DNA of 32,000 bases, from the NCBI GenBank assembly GCA_037310415.1, contig CP147780.1:542362-574361 (forward strand), read 5' to 3'. Made by a program: the position numbers and the translations under genes. Source of the DNA: Candidatus Atabeyarchaeum deiterrae (lineage in GTDB: Archaea; Asgardarchaeota; Atabeyarchaeia; Atabeyarchaeales; Atabeyarchaeaceae). Position 1 is the first letter of the stretch, and each line of letters starts with the position of its first letter. The notes under the pieces are model-generated. The model was given only the letters and a program-made list of their open reading frames with translations. It did no database searches and was not told the DNA's origin. Below, piece after piece: positions 20,645-28,927 of this stretch.

Positions 20645-20702
20645 TACAAAAAAGGGCTTGTGGGTCTGTAAACGGGCATATTTGGGGTTCTAGTCTTTTC
20701 CC
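20645..20702 (+). repeat. Dispersed ~60-bp repeat, copy A
   Basis: tACAAAAAAGGGCTTGTGGGTCTGTAAACGGGCATATTTGGGGTTCTAGTCTTTTCCC; aligns to copies B-D. Confidence 0.65.
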
Positions 20703-21141
20703 TAGCTCATTTTGCCCGTAATGGTACGGTTGCCAATATGACCAACCGTCAGGCAGCGCGCGGAGTTGAGACGATATGCCTTCGTCCAAGATCCGCTATT
20801 GGAAGAATCCTCCGAAGCACAGAGCTAGGTCAAGGGACAGTTATCAGAGGCATAGACAGCATCTCACAAGGTATGCCAAGGCGCAACCTGCTTTGAAATC
20901 CACTTGAGTAACCATAACCTAGAGATGTTAGCTCGCACTAAGAGTATCCCTAAGGAAGAGGATACCGAAGAATACCATAGAAAAGCGTCTCATTCTCTTG
21001 TGCGTGCCCAAATCATCGACCGTAAAGAATATGTAAGTAGTCTTTGATATCACTTGGTGAAGTGCGCTGAAGCAAAGCTTAAGAAAGCCATCGAGACCAT
21101 ATACATCCTGACGGCGCACTAGGAGGGGCGGCGCGCGCGAG

Positions 21142-22005
21142 GTGACGATTGTGGTCTCCAAAAAACGGAGAATTGTGATCCCCACCCTTGCAGTTGGGTT
21201 AATAGTGGTTTTAGGTGTGGTCATAGCGCCCCTCGCACTCTATCCTAAGTGCGACATTGCTGGTCCGTATTATCACAAAATCTACTCTGCCACCTCGGTC
21301 AATGGTTTAAGTTGGACGGTCAATAATACCGTGATTTTTGATCATGCGTCTGTTCCTGGGGCCGTGTATTTCAACAGCAAGCTCTATCTCTATTTTGTTA
21401 ATGCGGAGTGTGGTGAGAAATTGAGTGTGGCTATCAGCGATAATTACGGTAATAGCTTTGCGGTGTATGACGTAGCGATTTCAGGGTCGAATAGCCCGCG
21501 TCCCGTCGATCCGAACCCAATAGTCGATGGCGGGCTAATACGGCTCACCTATCTCGGGAACTTAGGAGGAGACCCGGCTAATATTGTCACCGCCCACTCG
21601 TCCGATGGTATTAATTTTGTCGAAGATGCAATCCTATTCAGTGAAACCAGCATCACAGATCCGGATCTATTTCATTACAGCCCAAGTGAGTGGATTCTGT
21701 TCGTTGATCAAGGGAGCACTTTGTTAAAAGCCAATGGAACTTCCATATCAACGCCGCTTGTGAAAGATAGCACCTTTAATTTTGCAGGCATACTGTGTTC
21801 GACACACTACATTAATAGCAAATTTCACACCTATTATCTCGGATCAAAAGGGATCTCAGTGGCGGAATATAATAGCAGCGGTTTGACAGTTCTAGCGGAA
21901 GATCTGATTACAGGATTTACCGGATTCATCGGAGATCCCACCGTAGTAGTGTTTGGTCCTGGCAATTATCTCATGTATTTTAAGCAAACCGATATCCCAC
22001 CGTAG
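21142..22005 (+). CDS. Secreted or membrane-anchored beta-propeller (GH43/GH32-like) protein
   Basis: N-terminal hydrophobic anchor 'IPTLAVGLIVVLGVVIAPLAL'; 'SVPGAVYFNSKLYLYFV', 'PDLFHYSPSEWILFVDQ', 'GDPTVVVFGPGNYLMYF' blade-like repeats. Confidence 0.5.
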   Translation: MTIVVSKKRRIVIPTLAVGLIVVLGVVIAPLALYPKCDIAGPYYHKIYSATSVNGLSWTVNNTVIFDHASVPGAVYFNSKLYLYFVNAECGEKLSVAISDNYGNSFAVYDVAISGSNSPRPVDPNPIVDGGLIRLTYLGNLGGDPANIVTAHSSDGINFVEDAILFSETSITDPDLFHYSPSEWILFVDQGSTLLKANGTSISTPLVKDSTFNFAGILCSTHYINSKFHTYYLGSKGISVAEYNSSGLTVLAEDLITGFTGFIGDPTVVVFGPGNYLMYFKQTDIPP

Positions 22006-22028
22006 TAGTATAGTTGTTAATATACTAC
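22005..22028. terminator. Inverted repeat GTAGTATA-gttgttaa-TATACTAC beginning at the last base of the stop codon
   Basis: 8-bp perfect stem, 8-nt loop, immediately 3' of the 21142..22005 CDS. Confidence 0.45.
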
Positions 22029-22297
22029 CATATGTATTAGCAACTCTAATAGTATCGGTAACTAAACACCACCAACCAACCGTTTGTCTTGAATTAGCCC
22101 CTGCACCACTTCTTCGAGATCCAGCTTAGATGATTGAGAGTTCTTGTCCATGCCGAGTCTTCTACCTGATTCGGAGGCGTCATCCAGAAATCTGGGTCAT
22201 TTACTGATAACCTGCTTTCCGTCAAAAGAGTCTTGTCTTTACCTGAAATAAGCAAAAGCTCGAGAACTGCTTGCTGCGAAATCGTCAAGTGCGCCTA

Positions 22298-22359
22298 TCG
22301 TCAAAAAAGAGGCTGCACGTCTCTAACCACACATATTTGTGGTTTTAGTTTTTTCTGTG
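22298..22359 (+). repeat. Dispersed ~60-bp repeat, copy B
   Basis: TCGTCAAAAAAGAGGCTGCACGTCTCTAACCACACATATTTGTGGTTTTAGTTTTTTCTGTG. Confidence 0.75.
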
Positions 22360-22567
22360 AGCCCGAAAATGCTGATTTACAGACCTCCTGTTCTTCAACA
22401 CTTCCGCAACTGTGAAAGCGATCTTCCTCATGAACTCCGAGTTCCCCGCACTTTCCAAGTGCTTTTGGGTTGAACTCGAAACTCCTAGCCTTGGCAAACT
22501 TGACCTAAATACACGTGAGAAATGGAAGCGAGTGCTTGCGTGACCCCGCATCGATCGTATCCTTACG

Positions 22568-22771
22568 TCACAAGCTCCGTTGGTTCTTGAGTATTTCTGA
22601 GTGCAGTTTTCCACCAGTCGCCCAATTAGTCTTGGGAGTCTCGTAGATGATAACGTGAACAGCGTCTCTGGGGACGCCCAAATCTTCAAGCACCTTCGTC
22701 ATTCCCTCAGCTATCTTCCTCTTGCTGTCTTCAGCCATGCCAGCCCACATCGTAACTTGTACCAAGGGCAA
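22568..22771 (-). CDS. 4-oxalocrotonate tautomerase family protein
   Basis: 67 aa, 'MPLVQVTMWAGMAEDSKRKIAEGMTKVLEDLGVPRDAVHVIIYETPKTNWATGG', catalytic Pro after Met. Confidence 0.88.
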   Translation of the reverse strand: MPLVQVTMWAGMAEDSKRKIAEGMTKVLEDLGVPRDAVHVIIYETPKTNWATGGKLHSEILKNQRSL

Positions 22772-22861
22772 TCTAAAGACCTCAAGTTGATATCACCTTT
22801 CCAGCATATTAATGCAATCCCCTAGCATCTTGCGGCGCCTACATATGTCTGTTCATTCATA

Positions 22862-23506
22862 GTGTTAGCTGCAATAGAGTTGATTGTAGTGGCAGACAAG
22901 GAGCGCATTGTAAGGAAGGGTTATGATGAGATAGCCCAAGGTTACCACATTACTAGAAGCAAATTTGATCATGGAAAGGAATTGATGGAATTTGTCGCTC
23001 TGCTACCTAAGAATGCCAAGGTCTTGGATGCAGGTTGCGGTGATGGAGTTCCTGTTGCTGCATTCTTGGTGGAATGTGGTTTTGATGTGACAGGGATTGA
23101 TTTCTCCGAGGAAATGCTCAAGCTTGCAAGAAAGAATGTGCCAAAAGCTGCATTCATCAAACAGGATATGAGTAAACTGGATTTTGCAGTCAACTCCTTT
23201 GATGGCTTGACTGCTTTCTACTCCATCATTCACGTACCAAGAGAAAAGCACTTCTCGTTGTTTGAGAGTTTCCATAGAATATTGAAGCCTAAGGGAATAA
23301 TGTTTGTCTGTATGGGTGCAGATGAATGGGAAGCAACTGATGAGTATCTGGGGACAACAATGTTCTGGAGTCAATACAACCCTGAGAAATCTTTGCACCT
23401 TGTGAAAATTGCTGGTTTTGAAATAATCTCCGACCAGATTCTGATTAGAGGTGGAGAAAAACACTACTGGATTATGGCCAAGAACAAGAAATATCATGAA
23501 ACGTGA
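22862..23506 (+). CDS. Class I SAM-dependent methyltransferase
   Basis: 'KVLDAGCGDGVPVAAFLVECGFDVTGIDFSEEMLKLARK' motif I/II; 'SFDGLTAFYSIIHVPREKH'. Confidence 0.88.
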   Translation: MLAAIELIVVADKERIVRKGYDEIAQGYHITRSKFDHGKELMEFVALLPKNAKVLDAGCGDGVPVAAFLVECGFDVTGIDFSEEMLKLARKNVPKAAFIKQDMSKLDFAVNSFDGLTAFYSIIHVPREKHFSLFESFHRILKPKGIMFVCMGADEWEATDEYLGTTMFWSQYNPEKSLHLVKIAGFEIISDQILIRGGEKHYWIMAKNKKYHET

Positions 23507-23655
23507 AGTAGAGAACGCAACTTGACACTGAGCAAACTACCACGCATAGACTGCGAATATCGTTTTCCGTCGCAGACGCGCTTATAGTGTCTTGGCCGAG
23601 TTCCCGTGAGTCTACTTGAACATGCTTGTTTCATTGGTAACTTCTGTTTGAGTCT

Positions 23656-23721
23656 GGTCGCCAAAAAAAGGGGACTGTAGGTCTCTAAGCACACATGTTT
23701 GGGATCCTAGTTTTTTCTGTG
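23656..23721 (+). repeat. Dispersed ~60-bp repeat, copy C
   Basis: GGTCGCCAAAAAAAGGGGACTGTAGGTCTCTAAGCACACATGTTTGGGATCCTAGTTTTTTCTGTG; last 40 nt match copy B at 34/40 positions. Confidence 0.75.
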
Positions 23722-23844
23722 TTCGCGAACTTGCGTTCTCACGTACTCCTCTCTCTCCATTACCTCATTACCGACAGGGCAAACGGTCGGGGCGGCGTAC
23801 CGTCGTTTTCTCTGTGAACTCTCCTTAAGAACAAGCACAAATCA

Positions 23845-24768
23845 TCATAGCCTGGATAGTAGCTCAAATGTGTTTTCTTTGAATATTCTTTCTTTTTCAA
23901 AATCAGAGAAATAGGCGCAAGAAACTAAACTCTCGACCGACATTTTGGTTACAATCGCAGGAGCATAGGGAAAGTCACTACCGAACAGAATATGCATAGA
24001 ATCAACAAACTCTCGGAGTCCGCACAAGGCAAACGTACTGGTTGACAAAGCAGTGTCATAATAAAGCTGCCGAAAATGAGATACTGCTCCTTTCGGGGCC
24101 GTTCTTCCACTATTGGGTATAGTAAGACCGGTTAAATCAATCCGGAACGCAAGAAAGGGAATCGTCCCCCCGGCATGTGAAAGTATGAACTTAATATTGG
24201 GAAATCTTTTCAATGTACCCGAATAAACTAAATTCGTAGCTGCCCGAGTGGTGTCGAAAGGAAATTCCAACATGGGCACGGGATAAGTGAAATTGGTCTG
24301 CGTTTGGCTTGGACTTGTCGGGTGGATAAACACTACCGCCTTTCGGCGATTCAGTTCTGCCATCAATTCATCGAATCGAGAATCTCCAAGGTACACTCCG
24401 CTATAATTTGTGAGCAACGCAACGCCATCCAACTCGAGTTCATCGAGTGCGCGATTCGTTTCAGAAAGCGATTCTGAGAGATATGGGAGAGGGATTGTCG
24501 CAAACGCTCCAAAACGATCTGGGTGATCTGCCACGATACGCTCCATTTCGTTATTTACCATTTCTGCAAGGTGGACGGCAAAATCTCTGTCTCCAAAATC
24601 AACGCTGGGGCTCGAAAGAGAAAGAAAGGCCTTTCCGATGTGGTTGCGGTCCATCACATTCAAGGATAACTCTGGATTCCACTGGGGAAAAACCACGCCA
24701 TCTCCTCCTTTTATGGCGCGTCCGGCCAGTTCGTGGATATAATCAGAGGGTAAAATATGGTGGTGCAC
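23845..24768 (-). CDS. Amidohydrolase (ACMSD/amidohydrolase-2 family)
   Basis: 'HHHILPSDYI' metal-binding start, 'VVFIHPTSP', 'PNIKFILSHAGGTIPFLAFRI', 'HILFGSDFPYAP'. Start codon is GTG in the sequence and the true start may lie a few codons upstream ('IYDVHHH'). Confidence 0.88.
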   Translation of the reverse strand: MHHHILPSDYIHELAGRAIKGGDGVVFPQWNPELSLNVMDRNHIGKAFLSLSSPSVDFGDRDFAVHLAEMVNNEMERIVADHPDRFGAFATIPLPYLSESLSETNRALDELELDGVALLTNYSGVYLGDSRFDELMAELNRRKAVVFIHPTSPSQTQTNFTYPVPMLEFPFDTTRAATNLVYSGTLKRFPNIKFILSHAGGTIPFLAFRIDLTGLTIPNSGRTAPKGAVSHFRQLYYDTALSTSTFALCGLREFVDSMHILFGSDFPYAPAIVTKMSVESLVSCAYFSDFEKERIFKENTFELLSRL

Positions 24769-25045
24769 GTCGTATATTTGCTGTGGAATACTCCTTCACT
24801 CTCCCGAGTCGAACGATATTACTGATGCTTTAACGCTATCGGGAATGTAGATTTGATTCCGAATACCGTTAGGTGCAGCAATTTTGACTAATTTTCATAA
24901 TATCCGCGCTTCAGATTAACCTAGCGGTATAAGTATGAGTTCGTGCCCTTTCCAATCCTCCACACATTCAAGCGGAAACAAAAGCTTGGAAGAAGAAGAG
25001 TCAATTTCAATAGACTCATTCTGACGGAAATTCTTATTTGGCATT

Positions 25046-25107
25046 GGTCGCCGAAAAAGAAGGCTGTAGGTCTGTAAGAACACAGACTTCCGCTTCTAGT
25101 CTTTTCG
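25046..25107 (+). repeat. Dispersed ~60-bp repeat, copy D
   Basis: GGTCGCCGAAAAAGAAGGCTGTAGGTCTGTAAGAACACAGACTTCCGCTTCTAGTCTTTTCG. Confidence 0.7.
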
Positions 25108-25193
25108 ATAAGCGAGACTAATCAAGACCACACCTATGGTGGGCGAATGGCGATGATAACTGAACGCTCGGCTTCCCTGAATGCCTCGATCTC

Positions 25194-25439
25194 ATGGCCG
25201 ACGAAGGCTCAGAAAAAGATAAAAACTGTTTCAACCCCAGTATGAATCACGAATTGTGTGCCCTGGTGGTGCAAGCCTTCTCCGAAGGTCCGAAGAAGAC
25301 CACGAAGCGGCTAACATTTGGGTCTGTCACACCCAAGACGCGGGTTCGAGAAAGATCACCGCAATGCCTGCTGACGGCATACGATGATTTTATAAAATCC
25401 CGCCCAGGGCGCTCCCTCCTTCTCTGGCTGTGGCTCTAA
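25194..25439 (+). CDS. Hypothetical protein, 81 aa, no recognised family
   Basis: Open frame only. Confidence 0.25.
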   Translation: MADEGSEKDKNCFNPSMNHELCALVVQAFSEGPKKTTKRLTFGSVTPKTRVRERSPQCLLTAYDDFIKSRPGRSLLLWLWL

Positions 25440-25501
25440 GCAAGCATCCTACGGATGAGTGGATAGAAGAGAGTGAAAACTGCGGTTAGAGGAATTGTCT
25501 T

Positions 25502-25516
25502 CTTCTCTTAGAGAAG
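25502..25516. terminator. Perfect 7-bp inverted repeat CTTCTCT-t-AGAGAAG just 3' of the endonuclease stop
   Basis: Direct reading; the 1-nt spacer means the hairpin would need to open at the tip. Confidence 0.3.
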
Positions 25517-25519
25517 GGC

Positions 25520-26488
25520 TCATCCTTCTTGCTGCTCATTTCTTCCTCGGGATCTTGCTCTTGCCCAGTAGACTTTTGTCCAGTATCCCCGCTCTGGAAC
25601 AGTGATACCAAGTTTCTTGCATTTTCTGCCCGTGGACTTGGTGTGTGAAACGTGGTATTTGACTGCGATTTGCCTCAATGGCATTTCCTGAACTAGTTTC
25701 TCCAAATCCTCCTTTGTGATTTTTCTCCATTCACGTTGAAGCATATTTCTTTTCCGAACCTGTTCAATCGTGCAATCCTCTTTAGCCCTCGACAACAATT
25801 CTTCTTGTTCGCAGGGGGACCAACGTTTTCTAGGCATACTATTCGCGTAGTTCTTCATCATCTTGTTAAATAGTTCCGGACCCAGACACATCATGTAGTT
25901 GGTTCCATTTAGCTTTCTGCCGTAGATTTCTTTTTGGCGTTTGTCCACGTAGATCTTGTAGGGGAGATCGAATCTTTTCTTGACTTGTCCTAAGAAACGC
26001 TCGCTGCCTGATGAGATCATCGTCGTGTTTCGTCTTCCGTCGCCATCAAAGTATCCTAGGAGGAATGCGAGTTCTAGACTAGTGCGGGGTAGCTTGGGAT
26101 ACTCGATGGTTTTTGATTTTCTGAATTTAAGACCGTGTCTGATCAGGTCGTTGCCCACCTCCATACAGGTGAACCTGATCATTGCTTGCCTGTGTCCTGC
26201 CTCATCGGTCGGGTATTCCTTCTTGCTTTTATTGAGCTGTAGGGCATCGCAGAACTTGTCGATGGTGTCTTCGTCTCTTATTTTGAGCTTTAGCCGGATT
26301 TCTGCCCTATTTGGGTATTCCACTAGGTAGCCGTCAGCGTAGAGGAATCCGAGCCAGTATGCTTTCTCTTTGGTGTTGATTGTCTCGAAGAAGTTGATCT
26401 TTAGATTCGAATGTACTGTATGTGCCGCCCACACTTTGTACCAATGCGCCGTTGAGGCGTTTCTATGAGGTTGTCTGAGCGTCTTCAT
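25520..26488 (-). CDS. Free-standing LAGLIDADG-family homing endonuclease with C-terminal HTH-like region
   Basis: 'KAYWLGFLYADGYLVE' and 'LAFLLGYFDGDGRRN' LAGLIDADG-like helices; C-terminal 'RQIAVKYHVSHTKSTGRKCKKLGI'. Confidence 0.85.
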   Translation of the reverse strand: MKTLRQPHRNASTAHWYKVWAAHTVHSNLKINFFETINTKEKAYWLGFLYADGYLVEYPNRAEIRLKLKIRDEDTIDKFCDALQLNKSKKEYPTDEAGHRQAMIRFTCMEVGNDLIRHGLKFRKSKTIEYPKLPRTSLELAFLLGYFDGDGRRNTTMISSGSERFLGQVKKRFDLPYKIYVDKRQKEIYGRKLNGTNYMMCLGPELFNKMMKNYANSMPRKRWSPCEQEELLSRAKEDCTIEQVRKRNMLQREWRKITKEDLEKLVQEMPLRQIAVKYHVSHTKSTGRKCKKLGITVPERGYWTKVYWARARSRGRNEQQEG

Positions 26489-26809
26489 GTTGCAGCTGCA
26501 CTCCTTCGCTTCGGGGTTCTTTCTATTATCCTATCCCTAGAAGCCGTTTGCGGCGGTTACGCGTGGGTGATTTGTCTGCTACAATGGAGTCGTTGCGGTT
26601 CCTATTTCAAGTCAACATTTGGTGTCTGGCTGGATTGTTGCTGGGATCCTCGCGCGGTCTTCATTGGGGCATGTTCACGGTGAGATCCTATATGAGGCGG
26701 AGGCGGTGGTGTAAGAAGTGGGGTTTTCAGCATCCTTTTGCACTGTAGGTGGCTTAGAAGGAGGGACGTAACATGAGAGAAGTTGGTAGATGGGAATTAT
26801 GTGTGGTTG

Positions 26810-26914
26810 TGGCGGGCCCGGAGGGAATTGAACCCTCGACCACCAGCTGGCTCCCCTGACGGGAAGAAGCAAGGTTAGGGGGCTGGCGCCCTATCCTGAC
26901 TAGGCCACGGGCCC
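26810..26914 (-). tRNA. Probable tRNA-Arg(CCU), CCA encoded, with a 27-nt intron (26849..26875)
   Basis: Acceptor GGGCCCG / CGGGCCC, discriminator G; D stem GCCT/GGGC; D-loop A20; anticodon stem CCAGC/GCTGG; loop CCCCTAA after splicing; T arm GAGGG-TTCAATT-CCCTC; mature length 78 nt with CCA. Confidence 0.85.
26849..26875 (-). other. Predicted canonical 37/38 tRNA intron ACCTTGCTTCTTCCCGTCAGGGGAGCC
   Basis: CCCC (nt 32-35) pairs with GGGG in the intron; the 3' bulge is 5 nt rather than 3 in this reading, so the boundary is less certain. Confidence 0.6.
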
Positions 26915-27005
26915 TATCCCTGTAATTGTGTCTTGCTTGAAGTAGAATCTGGTGACCTATGCATTTTAATTTTGTTTCTGAGGAAGTTGATCGATATGGG
27001 ACAAC

Positions 27006-28706
27006 TCATTGTGAGATAAGAGCGTAGACCGTCGAGTCTTCTTTCATGGCTCGAAGCAGTTTCTCCCCGGTCGGTGTATTCTTTCTCAGACTTATCGATC
27101 CTTCGTTGTCTGTGCTAGCAAAGAAGAGAGGCCGGTCATCCGCATAGAACTTCAGCCTCTTGTTTGAGAAAACAGGGTCGACTGTCATGATGATCCATTT
27201 ACTTGAGAATCTTACCCGTGTGGGTATCTTGTATCCTTCTGCGATCCCTGCTATCATTCCATCAGCAGAGTCTCCTCCAACCCCTCTGGCGTGTTCAATT
27301 TGCCTGGGTGCCATTCTCCTGCTTGCGCTTCCTTCGCGTTCTCTCACTTGAAGTGGAACGACTATTACTTGATCGCTGAATGTGTAGATCTCGTATTCTA
27401 TACTATTGCTGAGGAAGTCTCTCACTTCGACGACTGGTCTGGCTAAGTCAGCCTCCCTCATACCTGCTGGGACTCGCACCCTGAGCTGGAGACTGTAGAC
27501 CTTCTTGATTTCGCCGTCTTTTACGAATATGGCGGTATCAATAACTTGACATAATTGTCCCAAACTCACCCTGTTCATTATTCTTTGTATTGCATCAATG
27601 GCGCTTGATGAGTGGACGACGCCAACCATACCGACGCCAGCCAATCTTAGATCCACGTAGATCTTGAAGTCTTCGTCGCCTCTGAGTTCATCATAGATAC
27701 AGTAATCAGGTCTAACTAGAAGTAGCATGTTTGCAGTTTTCTCTACTCTACCATCTAGAGCTGTGTATTGCGTCACTTCTGGAGGAACCTGAAGGTCACG
27801 AGGCTTTTCGATTGTCTTCACTATCTTTCCTTTGCTCCAGTAGAATTCCGCTAATGCGCTTGCAAATGTTGTCTTACCTGCTCCCGGTGGCCCGGCTACT
27901 AGCACACCTTCTGCTCGTTTCTCCAATCGATTCTTGAGCTGCTCAGGTAAAGCGTAATCACTGAAGCTGACTTTTAGCAGCGGTCGAACACCTGTGATCT
28001 CCAAGCCGTCTGAAAACGGTGGTCTCGCTATCGCAATCCGGTATTGACCTAACTGCACTACGGTGGCACCAGGTTCGTCTATCTCAAGGAAGCAGTCGGG
28101 CGCTGAACGAGCTCTGTCGACCGATGATAGAGCAATTTCTTCTAGCTGCTGTCTTGTCATTGGTTCTTTCGATATCTCAGTGAGTTTCCAGTTGCCTGGT
28201 CTACCTCTCTTTGCTAGAGGCAGAGCGTTCTCTTTCAGGTGAACTGACATTGTGTCGGTTGTGAAATAGTCTTCGATCAGAAACTTGGTAGGGCATCTTG
28301 GCGCGATGTATCGAGTAGGTACTCCTTCAACTTCCGCAATTGATGCTTGGATTGAGTCACTTGTTAGCAACGTCGCGTTATTTACTCGCGCCTGATTGCG
28401 GATCATCTCATCAAGTTCGCCGCCTCCGCTCAGTCTGATCTGGTCGAGTGTGGGCCTCTCACCTACAAAGAGTAGGTTGATTTTTCCCTTGCTTGAGAGT
28501 ATCCTCAGTTTCTTGAGCTCCTCTAGGCCAACTTGACCAGAGGTTTTCCCCACGTTGGATTGGTATTCGATCTCCGCGAGTACGGTTTTTGGTATGGCGA
28601 TATCTATGGGTGAAGTGAGGTTCTCACCTAGCTCTCCATTTTCTATCAGATCTGAAAGCATTCCGTTAATGACAATTGAAGTGTCAACTACGAATTTCGC
28701 ACTCAT
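27006..28706 (-). CDS. Archaeal PIN-domain / VirB11-like ATPase fusion (PINc plus Walker ATPase)
   Basis: N-terminal PIN 'FVVDTSIVINGMLSDLI...VLAEIEYQ'; Walker A 'GPPGAGKTT'; 'VRPDYCIYDELRGDEDFKIYVDLRLAGVGMVGVVHSS'. Confidence 0.9.
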   Translation of the reverse strand: MSAKFVVDTSIVINGMLSDLIENGELGENLTSPIDIAIPKTVLAEIEYQSNVGKTSGQVGLEELKKLRILSSKGKINLLFVGERPTLDQIRLSGGGELDEMIRNQARVNNATLLTSDSIQASIAEVEGVPTRYIAPRCPTKFLIEDYFTTDTMSVHLKENALPLAKRGRPGNWKLTEISKEPMTRQQLEEIALSSVDRARSAPDCFLEIDEPGATVVQLGQYRIAIARPPFSDGLEITGVRPLLKVSFSDYALPEQLKNRLEKRAEGVLVAGPPGAGKTTFASALAEFYWSKGKIVKTIEKPRDLQVPPEVTQYTALDGRVEKTANMLLLVRPDYCIYDELRGDEDFKIYVDLRLAGVGMVGVVHSSSAIDAIQRIMNRVSLGQLCQVIDTAIFVKDGEIKKVYSLQLRVRVPAGMREADLARPVVEVRDFLSNSIEYEIYTFSDQVIVVPLQVREREGSASRRMAPRQIEHARGVGGDSADGMIAGIAEGYKIPTRVRFSSKWIIMTVDPVFSNKRLKFYADDRPLFFASTDNEGSISLRKNTPTGEKLLRAMKEDSTVYALISQ

Positions 28707-28927
28707 TATTGACCTCCCCGTAAATTAAGGACTTTGGCGTTATCATAATGTAGTTAGTGGTTTCAAGTAAAGGAGTTGTCTGGTATGATGGCTTAGAAGA
28801 GAGAAAACGCTTATTTCAATTGTGCTGAGAATTGATCATTAGACAAGTGGAAGAGCTTCCGGTCTCCTGTCACCTCACTCTTATGGTGGGTAGAAACACT
28901 GGTGTTTACAGCTGGGTGATGGTTTTC

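Noticed and set aside
20928-21224. 98-aa minus-strand ORF overlapping the propeller protein start
   Set aside because: No recognisable motif, overlaps a more credible CDS, and its hydrophobicity comes from the complement of the signal/anchor region. Left unannotated.
24447-24833. 128-aa + strand ORF antisense to the amidohydrolase
   Set aside because: Mostly inside a well-supported gene, with composition typical of an antisense frame.
20645-25107. Calling the dispersed repeats integron attC sites
   Set aside because: Regular spacing is suggestive, but consensus RYYYAAC/GTTRRRY core sites are not present in all copies, neighbouring genes run in both directions and no integron integrase is in the window. 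Kept only as one hypothesis.
26465-26872. ORFs 26465..26683, 26548..26748 and 26675..26872
   Set aside because: Odd composition, mutual overlap and overlap with tRNA-Arg; no family resemblance.
28832-28927. N-terminal extension of HisRS as part of the protein
   Set aside because: The segment does not resemble HisRS and overlaps the likely promoter between divergent genes; the Met at 28928 is a better start.
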